A stretch of 64,000 bases of DNA from Gammaproteobacteria bacterium (GTDB lineage Bacteria; Pseudomonadota; Gammaproteobacteria; CAJXQU01), in the NCBI GenBank assembly GCA_965238175.1, contig CBDEGZ010000003.1, positions 1,344,001 through 1,408,000 of the forward strand. Reading direction: 5' to 3'. The position numbers and the translations under genes were made by a program. Within the stretch, counting starts at the first letter, position 1, and every line of letters starts with the position of its first letter. Positions 20,099 to 29,818 of this stretch are shown in pieces. Under the pieces are notes generated by a model that saw nothing but the letters and a program-made list of their open reading frames with translations, was not told the origin of the DNA and did no database searches.

Positions 20099-20596
20099 AT
20101 GATAGATCGTGATGGATTTAGAGCAAATGTTGGTATCATTTTGACAAATGATAACGCAGATGTTTTTTGGGCGCGCCGTGTTGGTGGTTCTGATGCCTGG
20201 CAATTCCCTCAGGGCGGTATCAACCGTGATGAGACGCCAGAAATGGCTATGTATCGCGAATTGAATGAAGAAGTTGGCCTGGATCCAGAACATGTTGAGT
20301 TAGTGGGTTCTACCAAGAAATGGCTGCGCTATCGACTTCCTAAACGTTTTGTACGACATCATCAAAAACCTTTATGTATTGGACAAAAGCAGATCTGGTT
20401 TGTTTTGAAGTTGGTGGCGGATGAAGCTAACGTTGATCTTGGCATGGCCAGTAAACCCGAATTTGATCAGTGGCAGTGGGTTGATTACTGGCGTCCTTTA
20501 GATGAAATTGTCTCGTTTAAAAAGAATGTCTATCGAAAGGCTTTATCTGAGCTCGCACCACTGGTGCTGCCAGAATCAAAATTAGATACGCAATAA
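20099..20596 (+). CDS. rppH: RNA pyrophosphohydrolase
   Basis: [21 protein letters not shown], Nudix box RELNEEVG. Confidence 0.97.
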   Translation: MIDRDGFRANVGIILTNDNADVFWARRVGGSDAWQFPQGGINRDETPEMAMYRELNEEVGLDPEHVELVGSTKKWLRYRLPKRFVRHHQKPLCIGQKQIWFVLKLVADEANVDLGMASKPEFDQWQWVDYWRPLDEIVSFKKNVYRKALSELAPLVLPESKLDTQ

Positions 20597-20624
20597 TTGT
20601 TCAGGTTTATCTAGTTTAATACTC

Positions 20625-21005
20625 TTACTTTGCTTTCATTTGCATTAGATCAGGAAGTAACTTCTGGGAGCTTTTTTGCGAAGCTTTACGTAAAAAGTAG
20701 CGTCTAAAATCCGGATCGAGATTCATTTTTGCCAGACCATTGTCAATTTCAGTCAAAGTCTTTTTGCAGGTTTCCATTGCAACATCAGCGACTTTTCTGA
20801 AATCTTCATGTTTATCAAGATTTGTCTTTGCCTCTTTTTTAAGACACTGATCATAACTGTCTCGATAAGACATCATTGTCGATGTTTCTTCTGCAGAGAG
20901 GTCTGTCGGGTAGCGATAACTTGTTTCAGCGTCGTCGGCAGCCATGACTTGCAGGCTAATAAAAGAGAGAAGTGTGATTAATAATTTCATAATTTTATTC
21001 CACAA
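20625..21005 (-). CDS. Exported hypothetical protein
   Basis: Signal peptide (…QVMA/ADD), two Cys. Confidence 0.7.
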   Translation of the reverse strand: MWNKIMKLLITLLSFISLQVMAADDAETSYRYPTDLSAEETSTMMSYRDSYDQCLKKEAKTNLDKHEDFRKVADVAMETCKKTLTEIDNGLAKMNLDPDFRRYFLRKASQKSSQKLLPDLMQMKAK

Positions 21006-21414
21006 ATGATACTACTTTAATTTCCCAGGTTTGGTCCTTACCATCTACTTTTGTACAGCCTAATTTCACAGGTTTTCCATCTGCTTCAATCGTACCCATT
21101 GCCAATCCAGCTTGTCTTTTTCCTGCAAACAGGCGGGTGAAACGATACTTAATGGCTTTGTTTGGATGAGTATTTTTAACAACTCTTAGTTTACCTCTAG
21201 CACTTAAAATCTGACATCTACCATCAAGTACAGATTCAAACTCTATGTAATTATCTGGTACCTCTTCTTGTGTAGAGGCTGATCCCTTATCTTCATCACA
21301 GGGGGCGGCTAATGCGTTTAATGAAAATATTCCAGAGACAAAAAATAATATACAAAATGTTTTCGATTTATTTTTCATAATGAGATCATAGTCAATCAAT
21401 GGAAACTTGTACAT
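20995..21414 (-). CDS. Exported hypothetical protein
   Basis: Signal peptide (…NALA/APC); start may be the second Met. Confidence 0.7.
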   Translation of the reverse strand: MYKFPLIDYDLIMKNKSKTFCILFFVSGIFSLNALAAPCDEDKGSASTQEEVPDNYIEFESVLDGRCQILSARGKLRVVKNTHPNKAIKYRFTRLFAGKRQAGLAMGTIEADGKPVKLGCTKVDGKDQTWEIKVVSFVE

Positions 21415-21500
21415 TGTTTAGGTTTAGGTAATCTTCCTGAATTGTATATGGCTATTTGCAAGGTTAAGACAATATTTTTCTAAACGAGTTCATATCCCTG

Positions 21501-22472
21501 TTATGTTGCAGTTGCAAGCAGTGTAGCTCTTCTCGGTGCAGGTAAGCCCTCGCATGTTTTATCAGGATCATCTGGATCTAAAAAATTAGCCAGGGAATGG
21601 TTCGACATCCAATCGGTAGTGCGTTGTTCTTGAGTGTTGGTTTTTGTGACATCGATAAGCTGAATATTTTTATAGCCACATCGTTTTAGCCAGGTTTCGA
21701 GTGTCAGACAAGTGGGTAGAAACCAGACATTACGCATTTGGGCATAACGATCTTCAGGTAATAATATTTGTCCTTCTTCTCCTTCAATGACCAGCGTTTC
21801 TAAAATCAGTTCTCCTCCGGGTTTTAAACATCCGAGGAGATCATAAAGATGATCAATAGGCGAGCGACGATGATATAAAATTCCCATCGAAAAAACGCTG
21901 TCGAATATTTTTGACTTTGGTGGGAGATCTTCAATCCCTAGTGGTAAAACATCGACAGGAATATCTCCAACAAAATGCTTGAGCACCTGAAATTGCATAA
22001 CGCTTAACATGCCAGGATCAATTCCGATAACGCGTTTTGCTCCTGAACCAAGCATTCGAAGACAGTGATAACCGCTACCACAGCCGACATCTAGTACTAA
22101 CTTGTTTTCTAGTGGCCGTATATGCTGAGACAATCGATCCCATTTCCAATCTGATCGCCATTCTGTGTCAATATGAATTCCAAAAAGATCGTAGGGACCT
22201 TTTCGCCAAGGAATGAAATTGCGTAATAATTCTTCGAGGTTTGTATCGATACTTTCTAGATCCTTCGTTCTACCAATTTGGACTGTTGCAGTATCAAAAT
22301 TGATGTTTGACGGTTTGATGTTTGGAAGCTGATCTAAAGTTTCATACCAGCCAGCCAGATGTCCATGCGAAGATGGAGCGAGTTTTTGATCGATTAATCC
22401 AGATAAGACTTGCGTCCATTCGTCCAGAGATAAATTTTCAAGGTACTGATAAAAAGAATTAAAAGTGATCAT
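21501..22472 (-). CDS. cmoB: tRNA U34 carboxymethyltransferase
   Basis: PWRKGPY, IDTEWRSDWKWDR, SMGILYHRRSP, DRYAQMRNVWF. Confidence 0.97.
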   Translation of the reverse strand: MITFNSFYQYLENLSLDEWTQVLSGLIDQKLAPSSHGHLAGWYETLDQLPNIKPSNINFDTATVQIGRTKDLESIDTNLEELLRNFIPWRKGPYDLFGIHIDTEWRSDWKWDRLSQHIRPLENKLVLDVGCGSGYHCLRMLGSGAKRVIGIDPGMLSVMQFQVLKHFVGDIPVDVLPLGIEDLPPKSKIFDSVFSMGILYHRRSPIDHLYDLLGCLKPGGELILETLVIEGEEGQILLPEDRYAQMRNVWFLPTCLTLETWLKRCGYKNIQLIDVTKTNTQEQRTTDWMSNHSLANFLDPDDPDKTCEGLPAPRRATLLATAT

Positions 22473-22486
22473 AAGTTATTTGTTGG

Positions 22487-23227
22487 TTATTCCTTTAGTG
22501 CGATCAAGGATGCGAAGTTAAAATATTGAAACCAGACTTCTGCACTTTTAAACCCGACACTATTAAGCCGCTGTTTGTGAGTTTCTAATGTCTCAGGGAT
22601 TAAAATATTTTCTAATGCCGATCGTTTTTGACTGATCTCCAGGTCGGAATAACCATTATTTTTTTTAAACATTTCATGCATTTTAATGTGTAATTTATTT
22701 TGATCAGGATCTTCGTAATCTAACTTTTCTGAGAGTATGAGAATTCCGCCAGGCAACATGCCAGCAAAAATGTTATTTAGAAATAATTCGCGATCTTCTA
22801 ACGGGATAAATTGTAGTGTGAAATTGAGTACCACAACGGAAGCGCTAGAGATGTTAATATCTCGAATATCACCACGAACCAGGTCAACATTAACATTACT
22901 CTCCTCACGAGCAAGTATCTTTCGACAATCCTCGATCATTGCGGGAGAGTTATCGACTGCAATGATCTTATCAATTTTTGAGTTATTTCTATTTTGCAAG
23001 TGATGACGCATTGATAGTGTTGCCGCTCCCAGCGAACAACCCAGGTCATAGCAAACGCTGTTTGGTTGAGCAAACTTATCGGCTAACAAGCCAATTGCCG
23101 ATATAATGGTTTGATATCCGGGGACCGATCGTTCGATCATATCGGAAAAAACATTAACCACATGCTCATCAAAGGCAAAGCCTGAAATGTCGTCAAGTGG
23201 TTTTGTGTAAATCGTGTCGCGAGTCAT
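22487..23227 (-). CDS. cmoA: Carboxy-S-adenosyl-L-methionine synthase
   Basis: FSDMIERSVPGY, YDLGCSLGA, LNFTLQF, EISQKRSALEN. Confidence 0.97.
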   Translation of the reverse strand: MTRDTIYTKPLDDISGFAFDEHVVNVFSDMIERSVPGYQTIISAIGLLADKFAQPNSVCYDLGCSLGAATLSMRHHLQNRNNSKIDKIIAVDNSPAMIEDCRKILAREESNVNVDLVRGDIRDINISSASVVVLNFTLQFIPLEDRELFLNNIFAGMLPGGILILSEKLDYEDPDQNKLHIKMHEMFKKNNGYSDLEISQKRSALENILIPETLETHKQRLNSVGFKSAEVWFQYFNFASLIALKE

Positions 23228-23252
23228 TAGAGTTGAAAATTATAAAAGAATT

Positions 23253-24134
23253 ATGAAAAAAGTTGATCAATGGACCCCAGAATACTGGAACACTTCTCCT
23301 ATGTTTGATGATCACCGTCGATTTATAGGTCAAGCCATAGATCGAACGAGTGAAAAAAAGCACTGGGAAGACTGGCCTGATTGTAATGAACTTAACCAAT
23401 TGTGGCTACAATGGCCACATAAAAATAAAACCCTATCCGGTTATGAAACCCAATTTGTGCCTCAATCGTCACTCAAGGATAGCGCGGTATATTATGAGGA
23501 ACATATTTTCTCTAGTGGAAAAATTCCTACAAGAGATCAAAACTGGCATGACTTTTTTAACGCACAAGTGTGGTTACAATTTCCCAAAATAAAAGCCGTG
23601 ATTAATGCACAGCACATAGAAGAAATAAAAAAGCATGATCAAAGTACAAGTTCAGAAACGAGTCAAAAAAACAGCCTAAACAATAGAAACAGGAAACGAG
23701 ATGCTTTGACGCTTTTTGATGAATCAGGGGTTATTTTTGTTACACCTGAGAAAAAGGTGATCGAAGACTTGTGTTCGCACCAGTGGAAAGAGCTATTTAT
23801 ACAAAAAAGACAACAGTGGTGGGAATCAATATCTGTTTATATTTTTGGACATGGACTTTACGAGAAAGCACTTTCGCCCTATGTAGGTATGACAGGTAAT
23901 GCGATGCCGCTAATAGTCGAGGAATTATTTTTTGATCAGAATAGAACATTACAAATTAAAGAGCTTGATCAAAAAATATCACATGCCATACAAGAGCAAA
24001 AAATATTAGAAACATCTTCATGCTTAAACCCCTTACCCTTGCTGGGTATACCTAGGTGGTGGCAAGAAAACAAAAACGAAAGTTTTTACGATAATAAAAA
24101 TTATTTCAGGCCTAAAAGAAACAATAAATCATAG
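23253..24134 (+). CDS. DUF3025 family protein
   Basis: YEEHI...IPTR..NWHDFFNA, RDALTLFDESG, FGHGLYEK, PLPLLGIP; start moved to the second Met to avoid overlap with cmoA. Confidence 0.85.
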   Translation: MKKVDQWTPEYWNTSPMFDDHRRFIGQAIDRTSEKKHWEDWPDCNELNQLWLQWPHKNKTLSGYETQFVPQSSLKDSAVYYEEHIFSSGKIPTRDQNWHDFFNAQVWLQFPKIKAVINAQHIEEIKKHDQSTSSETSQKNSLNNRNRKRDALTLFDESGVIFVTPEKKVIEDLCSHQWKELFIQKRQQWWESISVYIFGHGLYEKALSPYVGMTGNAMPLIVEELFFDQNRTLQIKELDQKISHAIQEQKILETSSCLNPLPLLGIPRWWQENKNESFYDNKNYFRPKRNNKS

Positions 24135-24157
24135 CCAATCAATAATATTAGGTAATA

Positions 24158-24622
24158 ATGAATACTAAAAAATCACTTGTAAATAATGGTCTTTACGTCG
24201 TTCTTGTCAGCTTGCCTGTCGCGGTGATAGGGTTACTCATATTGCAGAAAAATCTTCCAATGGGGCCGATCGTACTCGCAATGACAAACATTCCCATAGT
24301 GGGGTTGCTGATCGCAAAACGATCAGTTTTGAGTGCCGTTCCAGATCTTATTTTCGGCGCTATTGATACAGGACTTTTGACGATTCCTGTATTAGCGGGT
24401 GGTATAACGTTTGGCGTTGCTGGCGGTGTGATTGGAGATGCTTTGAGTGATGGTATAGCAGGTTTTTTTGAAGGATCTATTGCTGAATGGTTACGTGAAA
24501 AAGGGATTGAAGAATCGCGTGAAAGCGTAACAACAGGACTTTGTAAGATGGCTGGTTGCTTACTTGGTAGTGGTCTGGTTTTGAGTGTGGCTTTATTGTT
24601 TGGAATTGATCCTGGAAGATAA
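24158..24622 (+). CDS. Glycine-rich membrane protein
   Basis: 154 aa with several hydrophobic helices. Confidence 0.7.
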   Translation: MNTKKSLVNNGLYVVLVSLPVAVIGLLILQKNLPMGPIVLAMTNIPIVGLLIAKRSVLSAVPDLIFGAIDTGLLTIPVLAGGITFGVAGGVIGDALSDGIAGFFEGSIAEWLREKGIEESRESVTTGLCKMAGCLLGSGLVLSVALLFGIDPGR

Positions 24623-24729
24623 GGCACCTTATTTGTAACGGTAATTATTTATGTAGACACACCATTCTGAGGGTTGGTATAAGTTAAAAGGAAAACCATC
24701 CCTGGTTGTCTCTTTTTAATGACTGTTGA

Positions 24730-24900
24730 TCATAAATCTTTGAACAAGGCTCCTATAACAAGCAGGATGAACCCAACGGCTATGAGCCAGAATTGATTTG
24801 GTGTAGCAAACGGTATTGCGACGAAATGGCCGATTATGCCGAGAACTCCGATGACTAGCGCAATTAAAAATATATTCTGAGTTGGTGCACTTAAATTCAT
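24730..24900 (-). CDS. Small two-helix membrane protein, missed by the ORF track
   Basis: MNLSAPTQNIFLIALVIGVLGIIGHFVAIPFATPNQFWLIAVGFILLVIGALFKDL; AGAGG RBS upstream. Confidence 0.8.
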   Translation of the reverse strand: MNLSAPTQNIFLIALVIGVLGIIGHFVAIPFATPNQFWLIAVGFILLVIGALFKDL

Positions 24901-25019
24901 AATTTTTTCCTCTTCTAGTTATTGTTATTAGGCGTCAATAATTATGCGCCAAAAGAAACTATAAATCCAATGAGTTGAAAAATTGACTATTTAATGTCTA
25001 GGTAATACATATACTTGTA

Positions 25020-25670
25020 TTATTTATAGATAGATTCCAATTTTTTCTTATCTTTCCATTCACACAGATCATAAATTGGACACTCTTCACATTTGGGATT
25101 TCGTGCGATGCAAGTGTATCGTCCGTGCAATATCAACCAATGATGAGCATTAACCTTAAATTCGTCAGGGATAAACTTAAGCAACTTTTTTTCAACTTCC
25201 AGAACGTTTTTTCCAGGTGCAATTTTGGTTCGATTTGAGACACGAAATATATGCGTATCTACAGCAATGGTTGGCTCACCGAAAGCAGTATTGAGGATCA
25301 CATTTGCGGTTTTTCTACCAACACCGGGCAGGGCTTCTAATGATTCGCGATCGCGAGGTACTTCGCTTCCATGTTCGTCGACAAGAAGCTTACAGGTTTT
25401 GATCACATTTTCTGCTTTTGTATTAAATAAACCGATTGTTTTTATATATTTTTTTAGATCTTCCACACCAAGTTTATAAATCGCTTCTGGTGTGTTGGCG
25501 ATTTTATAAAGTGGCGTAGTAGCTTTGTTAACGCTAACATCAGTTGCTTGTGCTGATAGGATAACTGCGATCAATAATTCAAATGGACTGGTGTAGTTTA
25601 ATTCAGTGGTTGGATTAGGATTCTTTGATCTCAGTCGCGTGAATATTTCGCTACGTTTTTCTTTATTCAT
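25020..25670 (-). CDS. nth: Endonuclease III
   Basis: LSAQATD, LPGVGRKTANV, VDTHIFRV and the Fe-S Cys cluster. Confidence 0.98.
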   Translation of the reverse strand: MNKEKRSEIFTRLRSKNPNPTTELNYTSPFELLIAVILSAQATDVSVNKATTPLYKIANTPEAIYKLGVEDLKKYIKTIGLFNTKAENVIKTCKLLVDEHGSEVPRDRESLEALPGVGRKTANVILNTAFGEPTIAVDTHIFRVSNRTKIAPGKNVLEVEKKLLKFIPDEFKVNAHHWLILHGRYTCIARNPKCEECPIYDLCEWKDKKKLESIYK

Positions 25671-25702
25671 GTTATTTAGGTTGTTTAATTTACGTGACTT
25701 AT

Positions 25703-28700
25703 CTATTTTTCGAGCTTATATAAAAAATCCATACCAGAGTTTGTGCCAGAATCTGCTTCGATAGACCAGCGTTTGGATAAATCATAACGTAATTTTAATT
25801 GCGCAACAGGATCAAAAATACCGATCCCGTAACTAATATAAAGTTTTGGTGTGAGGTATTTTCCAAGTTTAACTGAGGCATCATCGGGGCTATCTCCACC
25901 AATAGAAAATTCATCAAGCCCAAACTGCTGACCGATATTTTGGGTTAGTATTTCGGCACCTTTAAATCCTAGTGATTGTGCAGCTCCGACCAGAAGCGCA
26001 CTGTCGCCAGAAGATGCCTCACTTATTGGCCGACCAATCATTACATAAGAAAGTATATCGTCCTGATTCATAGATGGTTTTGAAAACAAGGTAAGTCTGG
26101 GTTCGGTCGCAGGACCAGTCACGTGTACACCTGCAGTGACGTTTTTAGCTTTGCGGACAGCTTTTAGATCAAGATCAGGTGAATCGATAGGGCCGCCTGC
26201 AAATAATATTTTGCCATTCTCAATATCTAACTTTTGACCATAAGCGGAATATTGACCATCGTAAATATTTATTTCTCCTGTTCCTGTCGTTGGTTTCCCG
26301 GGAATACTGTTCATTTGTAAAGCACCTTTGAGAGAACCACTGAAGCCTGTAGCGGAGAGAGAAATTTTATCTCCAAGGATCACTTTAATATCGGTTGTGA
26401 TATTCATTCCAGCAGAGGATTCTTTAGTGGTTTCTTGTTCACCGATAATGACCACGTCTTTTGACACAGGGACTGCACTGGCGATTTCTTGAGGTTCGAG
26501 GTTTGCTTCTGGAATGAGAACTTCACCACTAATGTCTAACTTATTATTTTGACTACTGATATTGATTTTTGGAGACATAAGTACCCAGGCTTCAGGTAAG
26601 TTTAGAAGCTCAAATCTGTCGCCTTTAATTTCAAGCTTGATAGGGAAAGCGCTTTCGGTTTTGGATTCTGATGAGAGAGAGTCGAGATCAACAGTTCCGT
26701 TTAGATCAAGCTGACCTTCACCAGATTTCATTTGAGCTTGTAGTGCTAGTGTTTTGTTATTGGGACTGGTCACATCGAGTTTAATGTCTTCTAGCTGGAT
26801 ACCTGCACTGGGCAGGAAGACTTCTGCCGCGAGTCGTGTATGACCTTTAATTTCCGGTTTGCTAATCGTTCCAGCAATGCGTAAGTCCACATCAACATTA
26901 CCTTTAAGATCTTCAACTTCTGGAGTTAAGATCTGAATAAATGATAAGTCATCAATCTTCGTTGTGATTTGGCCGCTTAGTGGCAATGTTTTGAAATCGA
27001 CATTACCTGGATCAAATGATTTAGTTTCGAAGCTTGCCTTTATCGGACTGTTGGCTGGTTGCGCAAGATCAAAAAATAAAGAAGCTTTGGTTTTGCTTTC
27101 ATCTATGACAACGCCTAATGATGAAGGCTTATATTCAAAACGATTTCCATTTTCAGTATCAGCACCAGGAAGCGTAATAGAACCTGCTGAAGTATTGAGA
27201 TTTAAATTTCCGCGAATATTCTTGCTGCCTACTCCCGAAGCTGTCAATGTTGATGAGACTGTTCCAGCAAGGCTTATATCTTCAGGCATGAAAGTACTTA
27301 ATAAAGTCAGTGGTATTTGAACTAGATCTGAGTTTGTTTTCCACCCGCTATCGCTGTTCCAATGTAAGCCAGTACAAATAGAAGCTTGTTTTTGAGTTAG
27401 GCAAAGTTTATCAAGGTCGACCTTTTGACTTGATGCGACTAGATTTTCCGGTGAAGTTAATTTCCACAAACCAAGCTTTGATTCTTTGAGCGATATCTCT
27501 TGAATTACACCACTCCAAACTTCATTTTTCAAACCTCCTTTGCTGACAAAACGAAGGTTGTTTTGATCTTGTTTAACTTCTGCCTTTAGAGTGTGAGCAG
27601 CTACAGAGCCAGAACTAATTAGCTCAATATCGTCAATATTATTTACTCCCAGGATCAATTGTGAGGAATGGATCTGTATATCGAATTTCTGATCATTGGT
27701 TAAATTTTTATCCTGTGAAAGATCTAAGTTAACCTTGGAAGAAACTTCTCCGATTTGTAGGTCAGGTAATTTTATGTTTTTTCCTTTCAAGGTTACCGCG
27801 ACTGAAGGCGAAGTCGTAGAACCTTTAACGGTGCCTTGAGCATTTAGTTGGCCACCAGCTTCGGGAACAACTTGTTTTAAATTGGGAGAGTCTAAAGACC
27901 AAACAAGATCAAATTCTTTTCCGGCATTACCGCTAGCTTTTAATTCGGACTTGCCAGACATAAGGCGGAGAGTTTTTATATCAATAAGATCGTTTATTAA
28001 TTCAAGATCAGCAAATGCGTTAACGGGATAGCCGCGTAATTGTCCAATAATAGACGTATTTTTAACGATAGCTGAAAGCTGTCCTTCTATTTTATCTCCT
28101 GATACTTCAGCGGATAAATTCAACTTTCCTGGCCATTTACTTTCTAATTCTCCAGGCAATTTGCCGGGATCAATATTTTTCCCACCGAGTTGAAAATCCC
28201 AAGTTATCTTTTCACCCCAGCCGATCTTTCCAACCAGATCTATTGCCCCATTAAGTAGATCAGCATGGAGGGAGGATAGATCAAAATCAGAACTTGTGCC
28301 TTTTCCGGAAAGGATCAAATCATCAACCACTATTTGTGGATGATCAACTGAGGTTTGCAGTTTGATCAAATAGTCTTCCAGTTGACCAGAAACTTTAAAA
28401 TTTCCAGTCGGGCTTTTTATTGCTTGAGTATTACTTTCTACGGTTTGTTGCCAGACAATATTATTCCAGTCACCTGAGAGATCAAAAGACAATGGAGATA
28501 CTCCCCAATTAACTTGGCCTTTAGATTTGATCTGCCCAGATAAGAGCTTGCTGATTAAATCATCAATAATAAATTTTTGATCATTGCCATGACCTTCGAG
28601 ATTAAGCGCAACATCACCAACATCTGCTTGATTGATAGAGGTTTGAATATTTATTTTATAATTTTCAGGGCTGCCACTAAGTTGTAAAGTCCCTTGTTCT

Positions 28701-29818
28701 GTTTTTATATCCGGCTCGCCTTCCAGGGGCCAGCGTAAGTTTTGCCAGTTGCCATTCAGGTTTAATTGTAGAATATCAGCAAATTGAATTTCGCCGTTTA
28801 GATCAATAAGAGCATCTATTTCATTAGACTTGATGCTCAAGCTATTTAGTTTGATTTCATTAGAAATTGCTTGTTCTAGATCAATATTTCCGTTCCAAAT
28901 ACCAGATTCTTCACTGGTGATTAGATAGTCTCCAATGAGCTTTATTTGTTGAAGATTACCTTCAGCTTTTAATCCCATATTAAAAGATATTGTAGGTAAA
29001 TCTGTTTTGATTTTTTGTATTTGAAATTGATCTGCTTTAACAATGGCATTCCAATTTAAATCGGTGAGAGGTTGCTTTATTTTTGCGTTAACCGAAAGTT
29101 CCTCAGGCGAGATTAAATTTTGTTCAATCATCAATTCTTGAAGATCGCCAGCCAGTTTTCCTGCACCAGATAATTCAGGAAGATCTGGTAACTTGACGTT
29201 CCATTGGATATCAAAATCTAATGGATAATGCTCACGTGTTTGAACCATGCCTGAAATTTCAGTTGCAACGGTGATATCTCCAGTTTTCATTGCCAGTTGA
29301 AATGGGGCAACCTGGATTGCTTTTTGATCTGCATCGAGTGAAAAAGATATTTTGTCGAGTTTTTGAGTCGTATCGTTTTTTAGCGAATAATATTTTGCAT
29401 TTGTTAGCAAAAATTTCTCTATTGTAATGGGAATAGGTAACTGAAAATCTGGTAATTCGAAAGGTTCATCGGAAGGTGGTTTTGATGATAAATCATTTAT
29501 CGTAATGCCGTCGATATTGATCAGTTTAATGTATAACTCAGGGATGAGTTTTGAATTTAGTAAGTCTGCAGGTTGCCACTCAAATTCAAATTGATCCATG
29601 GTAATTTCTATCTCGTCGAGAGAGATCTTTAAATTTTCAAATTGCAGTTTATCCCTCAGTCTGCCTTTCAAACCGGATGCCGTGATTTGATCAGAATAAT
29701 GCTTGCTGATGGTTGTCCAGACTAGTTGTGTGCCTTTTTCTGTACTGATAAAAAAAATACTGATCAGTAGTAAAATAAGTAGAACAAAAAAGGCAGTTAA
29801 GATGCGCCACAAAATCAC
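25703..29818 (-). CDS. tamB: Translocation/assembly module TamB
   Basis: 1371 aa with N-terminal anchor and DUF490-like C-terminus (GKYLTPKLYISYG); coupled to tamA. Confidence 0.92.
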   Translation of the reverse strand: MILWRILTAFFVLLILLLISIFFISTEKGTQLVWTTISKHYSDQITASGLKGRLRDKLQFENLKISLDEIEITMDQFEFEWQPADLLNSKLIPELYIKLINIDGITINDLSSKPPSDEPFELPDFQLPIPITIEKFLLTNAKYYSLKNDTTQKLDKISFSLDADQKAIQVAPFQLAMKTGDITVATEISGMVQTREHYPLDFDIQWNVKLPDLPELSGAGKLAGDLQELMIEQNLISPEELSVNAKIKQPLTDLNWNAIVKADQFQIQKIKTDLPTISFNMGLKAEGNLQQIKLIGDYLITSEESGIWNGNIDLEQAISNEIKLNSLSIKSNEIDALIDLNGEIQFADILQLNLNGNWQNLRWPLEGEPDIKTEQGTLQLSGSPENYKINIQTSINQADVGDVALNLEGHGNDQKFIIDDLISKLLSGQIKSKGQVNWGVSPLSFDLSGDWNNIVWQQTVESNTQAIKSPTGNFKVSGQLEDYLIKLQTSVDHPQIVVDDLILSGKGTSSDFDLSSLHADLLNGAIDLVGKIGWGEKITWDFQLGGKNIDPGKLPGELESKWPGKLNLSAEVSGDKIEGQLSAIVKNTSIIGQLRGYPVNAFADLELINDLIDIKTLRLMSGKSELKASGNAGKEFDLVWSLDSPNLKQVVPEAGGQLNAQGTVKGSTTSPSVAVTLKGKNIKLPDLQIGEVSSKVNLDLSQDKNLTNDQKFDIQIHSSQLILGVNNIDDIELISSGSVAAHTLKAEVKQDQNNLRFVSKGGLKNEVWSGVIQEISLKESKLGLWKLTSPENLVASSQKVDLDKLCLTQKQASICTGLHWNSDSGWKTNSDLVQIPLTLLSTFMPEDISLAGTVSSTLTASGVGSKNIRGNLNLNTSAGSITLPGADTENGNRFEYKPSSLGVVIDESKTKASLFFDLAQPANSPIKASFETKSFDPGNVDFKTLPLSGQITTKIDDLSFIQILTPEVEDLKGNVDVDLRIAGTISKPEIKGHTRLAAEVFLPSAGIQLEDIKLDVTSPNNKTLALQAQMKSGEGQLDLNGTVDLDSLSSESKTESAFPIKLEIKGDRFELLNLPEAWVLMSPKINISSQNNKLDISGEVLIPEANLEPQEIASAVPVSKDVVIIGEQETTKESSAGMNITTDIKVILGDKISLSATGFSGSLKGALQMNSIPGKPTTGTGEINIYDGQYSAYGQKLDIENGKILFAGGPIDSPDLDLKAVRKAKNVTAGVHVTGPATEPRLTLFSKPSMNQDDILSYVMIGRPISEASSGDSALLVGAAQSLGFKGAEILTQNIGQQFGLDEFSIGGDSPDDASVKLGKYLTPKLYISYGIGIFDPVAQLKLRYDLSKRWSIEADSGTNSGMDFLYKLEK